In this document: piece after piece, positions 1 through 13,695 of the stretch
Numbering within the stretch: the first letter of the stretch is position 1
Layout: each line of letters starts with the position of its first letter
DNA from: Marsupella aquatica
Taxonomy: Eukaryota > Plantae > Marchantiophyta
DNA length: 64,000 bases
Assembly (NCBI GenBank): GCA_973895155.1
Contig: OZ316898.1
Location: 3,658,480-3,722,479 of the forward strand
Direction of reading: 5' to 3'
Notes under the pieces: generated by a model
What the model saw: the letters and a program-made list of their open reading frames with translations, nothing else
Database searches by the model: none
Told to the model about the DNA's origin: nothing
Made by a program: the position numbers and the translations under genes

Positions 1-781
1 TCGCTGTGCGGCGCAGTCGTTGACTTAGTGGGGTTCCGGTTTGAGAACGGGGACGGATGGAGAGACGGTCCTGAAGCTGGAGCGGAGCATAGCGTCGGGC
101 CCTGAAGGAAGAAGCGTATTGTCGACGGACCGTCTTCTTGGGATGAGAGGCGGTGGCTGATTTTCGAGCGAGCGTGGTGGCATCGAAGAAGTCGAATATG
201 GACTGCTGTCTCTGTTCGATTGCTCTCTGTTCGCGTGACACTCTTCCAAGAAGCGAATTCTGAGTTGAGCTTGACCGACGCGGAGGGTTAGGACTGGCCT
301 GCAATTCTGGCTAGTCGATATTGGGAGTCTGGGGGGCGGAGCGCCATGACGAGGGGGACCTGGGTATAGCAGAGGAGCTGACGGACAACGGGCATTGGTT
401 CGCGGGTTTTAGCCGTTCGTTAACGCAGAACGATGATTATGATTGGAGAAATTAAGTCGGTTCGGGATTTGGACTGAGGAGCAGCTTTACATTACAGGAG
501 TGCAATTTCGGAAATGAACCCTACATTCTGCGGCCGTGCGATGATTGCATGACGGCATGTGGTAAGCGAGTTTTGGAGTGTGAGGATTACCTTCGTAAGG
601 GCAACAGCAAAGGTCACGGACAGGAGCGAGCTTTGCGGAACCCTAAATGGTGTAGTGGTGGCATTTTCGAATTGTTCGAGAGACTTGTAGCCTAGCGGAA
701 GGACCGATAGGAGAGATTGGTTTCAAGGAGAAGGTTACGGTGGGTTTGCTGCCAACAGACCTATCATGGTCTGTGGCAGGG

Positions 782-3700
782 ATGGAGAGAAGTGAGCCAT
801 CCTTGGTTCCGGAATGGCTTAAGGGAGCTGGTGGCGGTGGTGGGGCCGCCCACCACTCTCAACCTCCCATTCATCCAGGTTCGTATTTGTGGCTGCCTTT
901 CTTCTCTCGCTTTGCCTTCGTCCCCTTGCAAGTCTTACCCTCATCTTTCATTGTGGTTTTTATTTCATGATTGTGCTTTTTGAATTTCATTGCAGTCCAA
1001 TTTCGTTTCGTCGTCAGTGTGTTATTTTTCCTGATTCGCCACGAGGGCATGACCTCCGCTTTCATTTCACGTTCATTCTTAGCGGTCTATTTTGCTCCTG
1101 GGCTTTGAGTCAATCACCTTTGATTTTGCACTCCTAAACTTTGTCTCACATCTGCTCCTCAATCGTTCGTTATATATTAAGCTTGTTACTTCGCGATGAG
1201 AGAGATGGTTGTTTCCATAATGTGTGACTTGAGAAGTTAACTTCCCTGGACTCCACTCACAATCATACATTCTTGCAACAGATGAGAGTGGAAACTCGTT
1301 CCTTTCAAGGCAGCGCTCTCAGCCCTCTGCTGCCGTAATTCATGGTGATTACGACTCACCTCGCTACAACTCAGCTGGCTCCGACCGGGCCTTCTACCCC
1401 ACTAGCCGAAGAGGAGCCAACAACAATAGCAACAACAATAGCACAGGTGCAAGCGAACGGTTGTTTGACCGGGGAGATTCATACCCGCGAGCGTACAACA
1501 GTTTTGGTCGGAGCTCCGGCTATCGTGGTGGCTATGAGGGCACTCTGGACCGGGAGAGGGAGGGCCCAAGGGATCGTGAGCGTGATTGGGATTGGGAACG
1601 GGACAGAGAAAGGGACTTCCGTGATAGGGAAAGGGATAGGACTTTGGGCTTTGGAGGTGGTGATGACCGGGACAGGGACCGGGATCGGTCGGATGCCACT
1701 GGCAATTTCCGAAGGTCTAGCTCAGGAGCAGGTCTGAGGTATGAGTCCGAAGTACCGTTGCGGAGATCACAGTCGATTGGGGGAACAGGCAGAGTGTTAG
1801 AAAACGGAGACAAGAAAGCGACAGCAGATGTCGGTTCCGCCCTTCCAACTGCTCCCCCAGCGAACATTGGAACGCTCACAAGCAGCATGCAGAAAGCTGC
1901 CTTTGAGAGGAATTTCCCATCGCTTGGGGCACAAGAAAAACAGACTGGTGTTGTTCAGTCCAGCCTTGGAAATGTGTCTGTGTTAAGTCCTCGCCCTTCA
2001 TGGCAGAACTCATCTCCACGGCCGGAGGGGGTGAGGTCTGTTACTCCTGGAGCCGGATTGACTTCAGCTGGGTCGGCTTCCGTTTCAGTAGCTGCCTCTG
2101 TCAATGTTGGGGGCAATGCGATTGGTGGTGATGGATGGACTTCCGCCTTGGCTGATGTCCCTTCTTCTTTAACTGGCCTTCCCTCAACAATGAACGGTGT
2201 TGTATCAGGAGCAACGTCTGTTCCTACTGCATCTTCGGGTTCATCAGCATTACCTTCAGTTGCTGCACCATCCCTGATTGTCCCGAAGATGTCCGAAGCC
2301 CTAGCATATCCTCCAAGGGTTCGCACTCCTCCTCAGGTCAGTAATGTCAATGCTCGATAGGTGTTTAGCACACGTTGGATCGTCCGGCATTTTTTCTTGC
2401 ACAGAAAGTGGTCTCCGCTTGTTTAGTGAATTCTAACATAGAAGTGGTCTCCCGCAGTCTGCATTAGAGTCTCAGAGGGTGGAGGAGTCAGCCGCGAAGC
2501 AGTCAAGGCAGCTGATTTTGATGAAACCGACTCTCCCAAAGAATACGGTGCATTTTCATCCCCCTTAGGATTAATACGACAAGACCCTATAGTTCCGCAG
2601 GCGTCATGCATTGCAGAAAGTACATCTCCAGGTTAAGTGCGTCTGAAATATGGTTGAGTAGATGCCAAACTGTCTGCTTTAGAGGTCTGGAGCACGCATT
2701 TAATCAGTCTGTTCAATGAATCTTTTCGAGCAAGGGTTTGTGGAAATGCCCGAGGGGACACCTCAACTTTGAATTTTATCCTAAATCTGGATCCTGAACA
2801 TCAAAAGAATAGCCGAATAAAGAAAGTGACAGTGCATGCTTCGTTTGTGAGTGAGAGCTACTGTGGTTTAAATCACGAAGTACATGTATTTAATTTGGTT
2901 GGTCAATCAAAGGTAGGAGACTTTAGTATAGGCAAATCTGTTATTCTTGCAAGGATCTGACATCCCTTACTTGTCTCGTCTACGAATGCTAGATCATGAT
3001 GTCCCTCAAGAATCTAACATAGACCGCGCAACTGTGGCTCGATTTGCAGGGGTCTCGTGACATTACCAAACCGAAGGTTATTCGAGCTGTTGATGTTGTG
3101 GCACCACAACCAATCAAACTCAGCCAGCCACTTGCATCTCAGTTGGTGAGCTCCCCATATCGTCCCCCAGCACCACCGCGTCCTGAACCACTGAAAGCTC
3201 CACAAGGAAAGCTTTTGGTTCGCAAGACGAGTAAGGAAGCTGTTGGGGCTATGGTCTCACCGTCAACTATTCTCAAGGGGGATGGAGCTGGTTCAACGTC
3301 AGTAGTCAGTGCAGCTGGTGCACTTGTAGGTATGGGTGGGACCAATCCCAGTACCAATGCATCTGGTGCCCTGGCCCCTCCTCGAAAGCAGAAACAACTG
3401 CTTGACCGTCGTGCTGTTCCAATTCCACCCATCTCAGTTTCCATGGGTGAAGGAGGATCTGGACCTCGCTCTAAGGACAGTGGATCTGCTTCTGACGACA
3501 AAAGGCCACCCATACCAGCCCAAAACCGCAGTGACTTTTTTAATGCGCTTCGAAAAAAGGCTGCTGGGATAAGCGGTGGTAGTGTAGAGAAAATGGAAAC
3601 TGGAGCACTCCAGAAAAACGATGGAGTGAACGAGAAAAGCGTTGAAGCTGAAGAGGAGACTGGTACCTTTTCAGGGGACGTGTCGCAGATGACTCCATAT

Positions 3701-4315
3701 CAGGTGAAAGAGAACGGGACAGCTGCTGGTACTCGCCTCAAGGGCAGTATGTCTGATGCTGATGTCTATGGTATTAGTGATACTAAAGAAGACGCTCCAT
3801 CGAATGGAGCTTCCACCGAAGGGGCGGAAGGAAATTCTGAGCAGTCTAGTACTGCCCCAAGCAGTCCAGTAGCCGCTACAAATCGCGCTACTGCTACCGA
3901 AGAGGAAGAGGCTGCGTTTTTGAGATCTCTTGGTTGGGAGGAAAGCGCTGAGGAAAGCGGAGAAGGTCTGACAGAGGAAGAGATCAACTCCTTCTACCTG
4001 GAGGTAATACACTTGTCTTTAGCATATGTGCCTTGAATCTTAAACTAAGATATGTATGTGAGTTCTGAATTGCTAAGAAAACAGCTGCCGCTGTCGAGGG
4101 ATATCCTGTTTTACCATATCTGATCAATTTCTTGTGTCATTTTGCAGCGCCATCGTTCCATGTCCGTCTCGCCAGCTTTGCCAAATGCTCGCAACCACCG
4201 GCTTAGGGATGTTCGGGTGGATCTACATGTGGGGAGCATTGGCAGTATCTCATCAGGCATGACCTCTTCTGACAGTGAATCTGATGATGACCTACGTGCC
4301 CACAGGCGGTCATAG
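782..4315 (+). CDS. Conserved plant protein of unknown function (MERSEPxLVPEWL family, GPBP1/vasculin-like C-terminus); 5 exons: 782-878, 1282-2336, 2458-2547, 3050-4003, 4148-4315
   Basis: ATG at 782 gives MERSEPSLVPEWLK. All introns are GT-AG and phases are consistent with ORFs 1461-2360 and 3044-4036. Family motifs are present: FERNFPSLG, PPRVRTPPQ, KQSRQLI (small exon 3), RSDFFNALRKK, EEEEAAFLRSLGWEE, LTEEEINSF and terminal SSDSESDD. TAG at 4313-4315. Confidence 0.88.
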
Positions 4316-5668
4316 ATTGTGACTCGAGTGTAAATGGAGCTACTAGCAAGCCATATCAAGGCAGGAGGTCTCTGGGAAGAGAGTATCTTAGATAGATTGG
4401 GGACTTCAGGCTTTAATTTTAGGGTTGATTTAGAGGTGGCCTGCTTTAGTCACTGCACTTGAAACAGGTGAATAGTCATGTCACAAAAGTATGCCAGTTG
4501 CTTGTGATAAGTAGTAACAAGGCACTTATACACCACGTCTTCTGAAATTTTACACCGTGCAGTTCCGCACCAATTCACAGGTGTTATTGTAGATCGAGGG
4601 CTTGATAGCACAACCTCCAGATTGTTTATTCCATGGTCCAAATAGATGACCACTCCATGCTGTGTATTCGAACGATTTCAGCTCATGAGGGATAATGCTG
4701 GAATAGGGTCCAGTGCCGCCCTCTGTTCAGTGCTCTGGTATGTGGGTAGAAGTTAGTGCCCACTGAGCAGGCTTATGCGAGTAGCCGGGTTTTGATAAAG
4801 AAAAAGCTTGATCAGATAATTCACCTCCTAACTGATTTGTGTATTGTATTTGTCATTTGTGTTGGGTTTGTAAGCTATCGTTTTTGCAATGTCCGCATAG
4901 TGTCATTGCGACAATGAGGTATAATTGAGGTATTTACAACCTTAAATGACAGGTGGGACGATTTTGATTGTATATTGACTTGTCATTTAAGGCTTTGGAG
5001 GTCGGGAACGAGAGTTACATTTTCTGTGGATGGTCGTATTAGTTATCGCCCCGCAGCTTCAGAAATGTTTCGAATATTACGCGTGCATTGAGGATTGGGA
5101 ATGAGAGTGATGTAATTGATTAGTACGTACTTGATTGCAAGCTTCTCTGAAGTGGAAGTGTCTGTCTTCAATGTAGGCTAGTTTTTGTGCCAGATTAAAA
5201 GTTAATCTGACGTTAAAAGCAAGAAGGAAGAGGAGCGAACGAGCCGGACAGTTTGACCTGCCTGTATCCCTGAGCAGAATAGTTCCTTGTGGGTTGTGGG
5301 ATGACACTTGTACCTGGCTGTGTGGATGATTTTGTTGCCTGCCCTGTAGATGTAAAATGTTAATGCAGGCTTGTTGCAGTGTGTGTGGGAAGTAAGTCAC
5401 TGCTTTGTAAAGGATAACCATATTGTAATTACGGGATCAGTTTTCTATTGTAGTGTCACATGCTCGACTTTTACTTTCTCAATTGTTGGTGGAATTAGCT
5501 ATTCTTTTATATTAAAAGGTTTTAGTAGATTTGAGCAAAGTTGGACTTTATTTGCATTGGACCCTTTCTGGTACGATTTTCAGTATTTTGTGGAATCACA
5601 GGACTAGAGGGGGGTGCCGTCGTCTTCTATTCCATGTGTCTGAATGAGAAAGGATGTGGACAGCGGTC

Positions 5669-5750
5669 AGAATTGGTCTCGTAGTCTCTTTTGGGAATTG
5701 TGACTGATTAGAATTGGTCTCGTAGTCTCTTTTCGGAATTGTGACTGATT
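5669..5750. repeat. 41-bp tandem duplication (2 copies)
   Basis: agaattggtctcgtagtctctttt(g/c)ggaattgtgactgatt occurs twice in tandem. Confidence 0.9.
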
Positions 5751-6485
5751 CACCATATTCCGTACGATCCGACAGGACTTCTTAACTCCGACGAGTAAGA
5801 CATGTGTGCAACCGAAGAGGGCTATTTCACACTAACCAAGTCATGAAGTCGAGTCATGGAGGCGGTGGGGGCGAGAAAGAAGAAGCTAGGAAGGCGTTGA
5901 GGGCGGGCAGAGAGGAAGAAGACACTCCCAAATTTCAGAACATATGGGCTATTATGAAAACATTTCTACGTGAACATGTCACACAGAGAGCAAGTAAGAA
6001 TAGACAAGACCCAAACAGTAACTACCTCCACATGGACAAAAGATTATGCATCTATGCCATTATCCCCAAAGGTGACTCCTTTTATAGGGAGATGGCTATG
6101 AAGGAGGGCACAGCCCTTTTTACGATCAATAGGAAATATAAATTAACCTTTGTATTCGTGATCCAGAACGCGAGCATGAGTCATGTTTACCACCTTGCTT
6201 CAAAGGAAAGGTCTGCTTTTCTACAATTTCTTGAAAGTTGTTGTCTAATTAAAGTTTCACGCCCTTGACAAAGCTCAGGACGCTTTCACGTCACTCGATG
6301 ACTTGATTAACCGCCTGTCTGGCTGAAGCCTGTTGACCAAAAATTGCAACTACTTCATTTACAAAGCCTGTCATGAACAACTTCGAACCCTCCCCTTGCA
6401 AAGGACATGTTGCTCCGTCTTTGTGGAGGCAACATATCCACAGATCCTACAGTTAGAGCCGCTGCGCAACATCAGATAACCTTGG

Positions 6486-6838
6486 TCATTTTGATTGCTG
6501 CTGCTTTAATTCCTTCCTGAGTTTTCTTTTTTCCTTGCTTGATTGAGAAGACCTAAGAACAGTGGAATCAGTGGAACCGCGTTCCCCGAGATCCTCAAAA
6601 GATTTCTGCAACAAATCAACAAAAGATTAGTCATTCACAACACAATCCCACCGCATGTCAAACGCTTCGACATACTTCAATTACTTGTTTCTGCAACAGA
6701 AATAAGCGACACATCGCAGGTCAGAGGGATAAGGAGGCGACTTACATCACTCATTTGCATGAAGCTAACGGTGTAGAACGTAACTGCGGCAGCGGCAGCA
6801 ATCCCAAATACAGGGGCAATCATTTCAGCGGGATCCAT
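6486..6838 (-). CDS. Small (70 aa) plant single-pass membrane protein of unknown function; exons 6838-6746 and 6605-6486
   Basis: The spliced product is MDPAEMIAPVFGIAAAAAVTFYTVSFMQMSD|KSFEDLGERGSTDSTVLRSSQSSKEKRKLRKELKQQQSK*. The GAT|GTAAG donor and TTGCAG|AAA acceptor are phase 0. A hydrophobic N-terminus and basic tail resemble the plant 'PVLGIxAAAAVTFYxVSF..EKSF.DL' small-protein family as I recall it. Confidence 0.8.
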
Positions 6839-6862
6839 TGTTATAAATTTATTTATTTTCAC

Positions 6863-8450
6863 CTGCTGCAATAACAGAAGAGTCAACGTCCACTCTCAAA
6901 AAGAACTTACTTTCCTGTTTCCTACTTCTGCAACGAATCAAATTGTCACCAGCTGTTTATCTATCCAAAGTAGACGACAAAGTGAAAATCATCGATCAGT
7001 GGACTCGCTGTTTTACCATCCATATCATCCAAGCAGAAGACAAAGTGGATGGCGCCAAACAATCGCTGAGATCAATTCCCCCACTGACTCACATCATGGA
7101 GAGAAGCTTCTTTCACTATCCTCGACTTCGTGCAGTCTAGTCTATAGTCGAGACTTTGAGTCTGCGACGATGGACATGTCCCTAACCCAATGCTACCGAT
7201 ATCAGTAGCCTTTAAAGCGTAATCTTTCCGTCCTGAAGGAATCTACAACAAACTATCAGTAGGCGGACAATGAGGAAACGCCATGCGCCAAGGGGTCAAG
7301 ATGCAAAGCTTATCAACAGCTCCACATGATCACCACACTCCATCGCCATACGAAGACGCAGGAATTTGGAGCAAAATCGCCTTGCATCAAAGGGCAGAGA
7401 CCCTTCCTTCGCTGCGGCCTATACCTGCTCCCAAATGAGCTCACAAGACAGCAAATGATGCTCTCAGTCGAGTAACGATGGGGGAGGGTTCTAATGGGTC
7501 ATCACTCTGCCACTAAGTACCACAGTGGAGTAGGAGTTTCCGCACTATTTGGAGAAACTTGTCAAGTCCCGCGAAGAATGTCTTCATTTTCTCTGACGAA
7601 GGTAAAACAGAGAACCCCCTTCGATATCATGCTTATGCTGCTGGTTCTCCATTTTCACAATGTCAAATGACGGACTGCTGAGAGGCCATCGAACTTTCCA
7701 CTACTTGTTTTTCTCGGGCAAGTCCACTTCTCGCCCCCTCGGATCTTTCACCAATGACAGGCATAACGACAGGACCAGGAGAGACGAGCTATCAAACAGA
7801 CTCGTCTCTTTCAGATATAAAACTTAACAACAGCAGAGCTTCCCAGAAAAGATCCCTCTCTCCCCTGTCACGTCCCAATCCAATGAATCCGAAGTTGTGA
7901 AGTCCAATGCCCAGCAAGTACCTAGCGTTTCTTTTGTTCCCAGAGTCCAATCCCAAACTGAACCGTCTCTCTCTCTCATTCGCCACACCCTCTCTCAATG
8001 ACATCTCGCCTTCAAGTGTCTACTTTCATCGAGTATCCCCCATAAACCATACAGACGTAATTTTCAGTCTCTACGCGAATCCACTTCCTCAGGCGCCCAT
8101 GGAACGCAAGCCCTCAGCTCAAGCGAGCACTGAAACCTGACCCTAAAACAGACAAATCTCGCACACACAATCTTCTCAGACTATTTAAGATCTCCATCAC
8201 AAAACGATCACGAACCCCTGAATCTCTCAAACCCCATCAAACTCCACCCCATCCAGGACTGCACAACAGGAAGAAAACACGACAAAGAAGGACACGCACC
8301 TTTCGAGCGGCAATCGCCTCCGAGAAAAGCTCAGCCCATTCACAAGCTCAACCTCGTCGATGCGGCGCAATTCGACAATGTGGGTTTTTCTTCCAGCTCG
8401 ATGTTCGTTCGCAAGAGAAACTCCAATCACGCGGTTATGGGCGGACCTAC
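6863..8450 (-). promoter_or_regulatory. Probable 5'UTR (with ~1.4-kb intron) and proximal promoter of the small-TM gene
   Basis: Acceptor TTGCAGCAG at ~6863-6871 just upstream of the ATG and donor AAG|GTGCGT at ~8299 on the minus strand, with a GC-richer leader-like block beyond. The whole block is duplicated at ~36090-37700. Confidence 0.5.
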
Positions 8451-9815
8451 TCCTTTATGTACCTTCTTGGACCGCTGGACCTGCCCTCCTGACCGGCGCA
8501 TCCGGTGGACCTTTTCCCGGACTCTCGCTGACGGGTGCCTCATCGTACCCGTCCAATCCCCAACCGGCGCCTGGGATTCCCCCACGTACGAACGAAGTAT
8601 TCGGGTTGATGGGAAGAAACGTGGGTTTCTTGTTTCTTCCACGTGAACATTACAAGTTGGTCTCCAACTTGCACGCCGTCGCGTTTTTACTCCGGGGAGG
8701 CATCTACGGCCGATATCTCCCCAGAAACGCAATGCGTCCACGAGGGGCGTTGGATGGCGTCGCGTATCTGCTCGGCTTTGCATTCGCCGGTGATAATATA
8801 ATCTTTTTGGAACTATTTATCACCTCATGATTTCAATTTGATGTTTGTATGAATATCTCGTTCACATCAAACAATGCGAGCGAAGGAAAGGTATTATTTA
8901 AGTAAGAAATGATGTTTGAAGATGACACATATGTACTTCGATAGGCTATCCAAGCAGCTTTGGAACTATGATTTCGTGATATTATACTGGAATATGGCTA
9001 ATTCTGATTGGTCGATAGAGTGGAGTTCCTATTGGTCTGTATAGAATCATTTCAGAACTATCAGAAGCCCTGAGCCCCTGATTGGGTGGAATCTGGTCAG
9101 TCCCATTCTCACTGAATTACACGTGTGGAGATGAGACTCCAGCCCCGACGCCTGTCATTTTCTAAATGGTCCATTCATGACAGTTTGGTACTTTCCGGTC
9201 AGATACTGCTTTTCTACTGCGGCTACGGTTGAAAATTATTAGTATACGTTGTTACTGTACATGAAAAGACGAAACATACACTTGCCTAAAGGTACGCTGT
9301 GTTAGGTTTGGCGCAATAACACTAGTGAGTGTATTAATTACTTAAATGCCCTTCTTGAATTTTCTGTTGTACTTGTCAGTGCATTTGGAAAAGAATGCAG
9401 ACTCAAGAATTTTCTGTTTGTAAATTTCAGGGCATTCGGAAATATATTGTACTCAAGATTTGGATGGGTTCAAGATAGGAAGCTGGATCTCTATCTCAGG
9501 AACTCCAATCATATACATCATTCCAATCCTCTCCAAACCACACCAAAGGGTTCTCTGAGTTTGGTGGACATACCCACTGGAAGGGGTCTCTTGGACAAGA
9601 ATGATCTGCCTGCTGGTCAGGAAGTTCAATGCATAACGATCAGTCCTGGGAAGACTGCAAAACTAGGGTCAGCGATTCAGAATATTTTGTAGAAGACTAA
9701 ATCTTAAACCATTGACCATAGTTTTGCAGTCTTCCCAGGAACCTGGTTGCTATGCACTGAATTTCCTGATAACTAGGGTCAGCGGTTCAGGATATCTGAT
9801 AATTTGTATAACTAT

Positions 9816-10839
9816 TCAAGATAAGTTTTATAGCAAGCTAAGGTTATGCCATGGCATAAGTGAGATCAAGTTGCAGGACTGCGTGGGGTGGAACCATGGA
9901 TGGTGGTTCCCAATCGGACCTGGGTCAACTGTGATCTTCCACAGACTCAAGACGTCATCAAGCTTACAGACGTTGGGGACAATTAAGCACACCTGGCTGT
10001 TGGGAAACCAGGTGGAAGAAACTGGGGAGGCTGGATCACGCCTAAGGTGAGGTTTTTTCTCCGGAGCCTGCTTAACCATGGATTCTACACAAACTGGAGG
10101 GGCAGCAACTGGAAGGTATCTGATGGAATTTGCACTAGATGTAAATTGAGCTTTGAGCATACTGAGCATCTCTTCTTCAGCTGTTGCAGTGTCAATGACA
10201 GGTGGAAGGAGATTCAATAGTTGCTGCGTGGTTAATTCCCCTGCCCTCCAGATCAACATAAGTACGCTATTTGCTGCCATTAATTGTGTCATTCTGAAGC
10301 ACAAACGGAAACCAGGACCCTTAGGTATCCTGATGGAACTCTGCAATAGCATTTGGACCGAAAGGAACAAAGCTACTTACTCTCACTTTTTGGGACGACT
10401 TCCTGGCTGGGTTGTTCTCCGTAACACCGACCTGCACTTGAACTCCAAGGTGAATGAATATCTACCACTCTCCAAAAAAAGGCAAACAGCTCTGAACTGC
10501 CATTGAGCAACTTCAAACAGTGCTTAAACCGTGGGAGCAGACTGATAGTCCGGTTTCTCTGGGGGTTGATGATGAGGAAAATAGTTAAGTTTTTGCTTTG
10601 GTTTAGTGTTAGTTGTACCCTCCTTCTAGGTCATTGTTTTAAAGTCTGGCTCCATGTCTACAGGAATACTTTTGATGCCTACAAGTGGCGGTTCACTTGG
10701 CACGCTTAGTTTTGGGGGTTTCTTTATCTGGTTTGGCTATTCTTTCCCTGGTGATTTTTGCCTCGGCATTGGTTTTGTGTTTGGGGTTTGCCCCTTCCCC
10801 CCTGCCTTTTGGGGGCGTGGATTTCTTTGGTAAAAAAAA
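9816..10839 (+). mobile_element. 5'-truncated, degenerate L1-type LINE (ORF2 C-terminal zf-RVT region, 3'UTR, short poly(A))
   Basis: From ~10055 the plus strand reads FLRSLLNHGFYTNWRGSNWKVSDGICTRCKLSFEHTEHLFFSC, a CCHC motif typical of plant L1 ORF2. It ends in a T/G-rich 3'UTR with A8 at ~10832-10839 and has a degenerate flanking repeat tgta(a)taact. Absent from copy B. The 5' boundary is approximate. Confidence 0.75.
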
Positions 10840-11739
10840 CATGTAATAACTCGTTATCAAGACATTAACCTCAAAATTGGGGGTGCGCCATTTTTTTGAC
10901 ATCATAGCCCATTGTGCCCTTCAGAGATGGTGCTGCTAAGTCCGTGGAGCTCCTACTCAAGGTTGACAATTGACATAGTCTTAATGCCCTTAGTGTTTTC
11001 CTACTCAAGGTTGACAGTTTACACTCTTAATTGTCCTTAATGATTTTACTCTTTGTAATTTCGGGCCCAACTCTCATGTGAACGGCCCTTCACAATGTGG
11101 CCCTTATCCCTCCCAAAGATGCCTGCAAAATGCTCACAACAAACTTGACGCTTAGAACAATGGGACTCTCATTTCATCTAAATGGACCAGGACTGGTGGG
11201 CAGTATCTAAGAGTGGTAACCAAAGGGCTCTAATAAATGAGTTTTTAGCCATCCATCTAATGAATCACGTTAAGTAAAGCATCTTCACAAGAGTTTTTTA
11301 ACTGCTGCAAATTGTGACTCATTCAAATATGAGGTTTGGATTACTCTATGTAAAGGCTCACCCGGCAAGTCCTTTATTAGCAAGCAACCTAATGTTGCCA
11401 ATAGTGCTCCAAAACTACACCTTGGTATACTTGCATACTTTAACAAGTTCAAACACTAGGACATCTCAAACCTCTGGGTTTGGATTGTGGTGACATACTT
11501 CAACAGGTTGACCATTAGGGTCATGTTCAAGTAGGTTCTCCCGCAATTAAAGTGTCTTAACTAAAATGAGCAATTGCAAATAAGAGGTTCACCACTTGTG
11601 ACTGAAATCCAAAACTCATCCTTCAGGTTTGAGAGGCCATACTGGAATCTACCTCAGGTTGGCCAACATTTAGCTCATTCAGATTGTCAGAGTGCACAAA
11701 AGCTGCCTATCAAAACCAACTACTGTATAATTGTTTTGT

Positions 11740-12180
11740 TTGACTGAAGTTGGTCCTAGTTTTGCAAAGATACACTTGCATGTGTTGCTGGGTAGGTATG
11801 GTTGGCATCATTTGAACAGGAAACCAACTGGACTTGTTCTTGACTGAAGTATGTCCTAGTTTTGCTGAGATACCCTTGTGTTGTTGGGTAGGAATGGCTG
11901 GCATCATTTGAACAGGAAACCAACTAGACTTGTTCTGTTTGACTGAAGTCTGTCCTAGTTCTGCTGAGATACCCTTGTGTTGCTAGGTAGGAATGGTTGG
12001 CATCATTTGAACAGGAATACGGTTTTGGACATGGTCGTTCATCATGTGAGGTGGCTCTGACTCTCGATCACACTCTGACCTCCTAATCATGCAAAGATGA
12101 GGTTTCAGACATGGTCATTCATCAAGTCAGGTATCTCTAACTCTCCATCATATTCTGACCTCATAATCACTCAAATATGA
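11740..12180. repeat. Local tandem amplifications: ~100 bp x3 and ~80 bp x2
   Basis: ttgactgaagt...catcatttgaacaggaa starts at 11740, 11840 and 11939; ggtttyrgacatggtc...ctgacctc starts at 12021 and 12101. Copy B (~45925-46090) has one copy of each. Confidence 0.85.
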
Positions 12181-13695
12181 GGTCAATCAATCTAATGTCA
12201 AAATCTTGCTTTGATTACTGCTAGCTTCAGTGTCAGGTCAGTGCCTCAACTCTGGCTCAAAGAATATGAGTGACTTATCAACCCAGTGGGATCACATTGT
12301 ACAACAATGGAGATAAATCTGTCTACAGAATATGAAGTAAAATGAAGTTTACTCAATCGATCACAATTCACGACAAAAATGTCAGTTGGTCCTAGTGTGT
12401 GGTCTCAAGCGTCACTCGGAAAGATTTCACTTCTGTTGGGTGTGTCAATTTTGCAAAAAGCGTTGGAGGTTCACGGATGACCTAAGCATTGTAGTCTGAG
12501 AAAAGGCTGAAAACATACTTGGAAGATAGTCGAACCCACTGACTGGTCTGGAGCAACCTTCATTTTACTATTGTATAAAGGTCGCTTTTGTCGTACCCCC
12601 TCGTGTATTCTGGCCTTGCAAAGACCCATGGAAAGGTCTTAGGGAACTATATTTTGTGTAAGAGGTTCCAGGATGTAGTGATCTAGTGAGTTTGGCCATA
12701 GTTTACAACAGATAACTATTGCCAACACCACTTCAGATAAGCTGTGACCTGATCAATAGGCAGATTTCTCCAGTCTCTCTATAAATGACTCATGTTGACA
12801 GGAGTTTTTTTGTAGCAAAGATAGCCGTACGACCACAAGATAAGGTTCCCAATTGAAAAGCTATTTCAACCACACTGTCAGGATCGGTCATCTACCTGTC
12901 TCTCCAAACTTAAACCTTTTCCCATGAACCTGTCCACTAAAATTGAGGCCGTGCCTAGAACTGCAATTACAATGTATCGGTTGCTTGAGCTCAATTTCAC
13001 TGAGATGAGACTCGATTCAAGACTGTTGCTGATTTCAAAGGGAGGTTCTGAGTGAAACAAAGTGGAATAAGAAGGTTTGTATCCACTAACTTTGACATAG
13101 TAAACCAAGTCTCCCCTGGACTAAATCAGGACAAACTTATCTAAACACCATACACACAATTTTCTTGCCACAGGTTGTGATTGCAAACGTCACCCACAGA
13201 CACATCCAAAATTCAGCTCGGGAAGTAGTTGTTATAACTCCTGACAAGTGGTCTGCTTGATGTAACCAATCACAGATCAGTTGACCTCACGGAAGTGGTT
13301 GCCAGAACTCCTGTCAGTACAATTTCTGTCAAGTTACTTGTTTCCTTGATTGCAACAAGTTTAAGGAAATACAAAGTAACAAACAGGCTAATTGCTCTTC
13401 AGACGCAACGTATAACTCCTTGTTATACTTGATCCTTCCTCTTCACTTCAGGTGCTCTTAGAACCCAAATCCACTTTCAACCTTCACCAATGGTGTGCAG
13501 GTCTTTTGTCAGTATCTTATCAAATTAAACAGTAGAGAAAAACTAATTAAATTCTGCTTCTTCATGGCCGAGACAATTTTCACATTAGCTATATTCATCA
13601 ATTGATGGAGAAAATTGAATGTCGGAGACTCCATAACTTCCTTTAGCCATGAGTGAAAAAACTTGTGGAACCTTTTGACAAGAAAGTATGGTAAG

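Noticed and set aside
5804-6268. 154-aa plus-strand ORF
   Set aside because: Non-ATG start, no motif, and located between two convergent 3' ends; probably spurious.
8360-8830. 156/160-aa ORF pair (8360-8830 and 37608-38090) as a conserved gene
   Set aside because: Their similarity is explained by the segmental duplication. There is no recognisable domain, overlapping ORFs occur in several frames, and the region is the GC-rich promoter/5'UTR of the small-TM gene.
9828-10370. 180-aa minus-strand ORF
   Set aside because: Antisense shadow of the L1 zf-RVT fragment.
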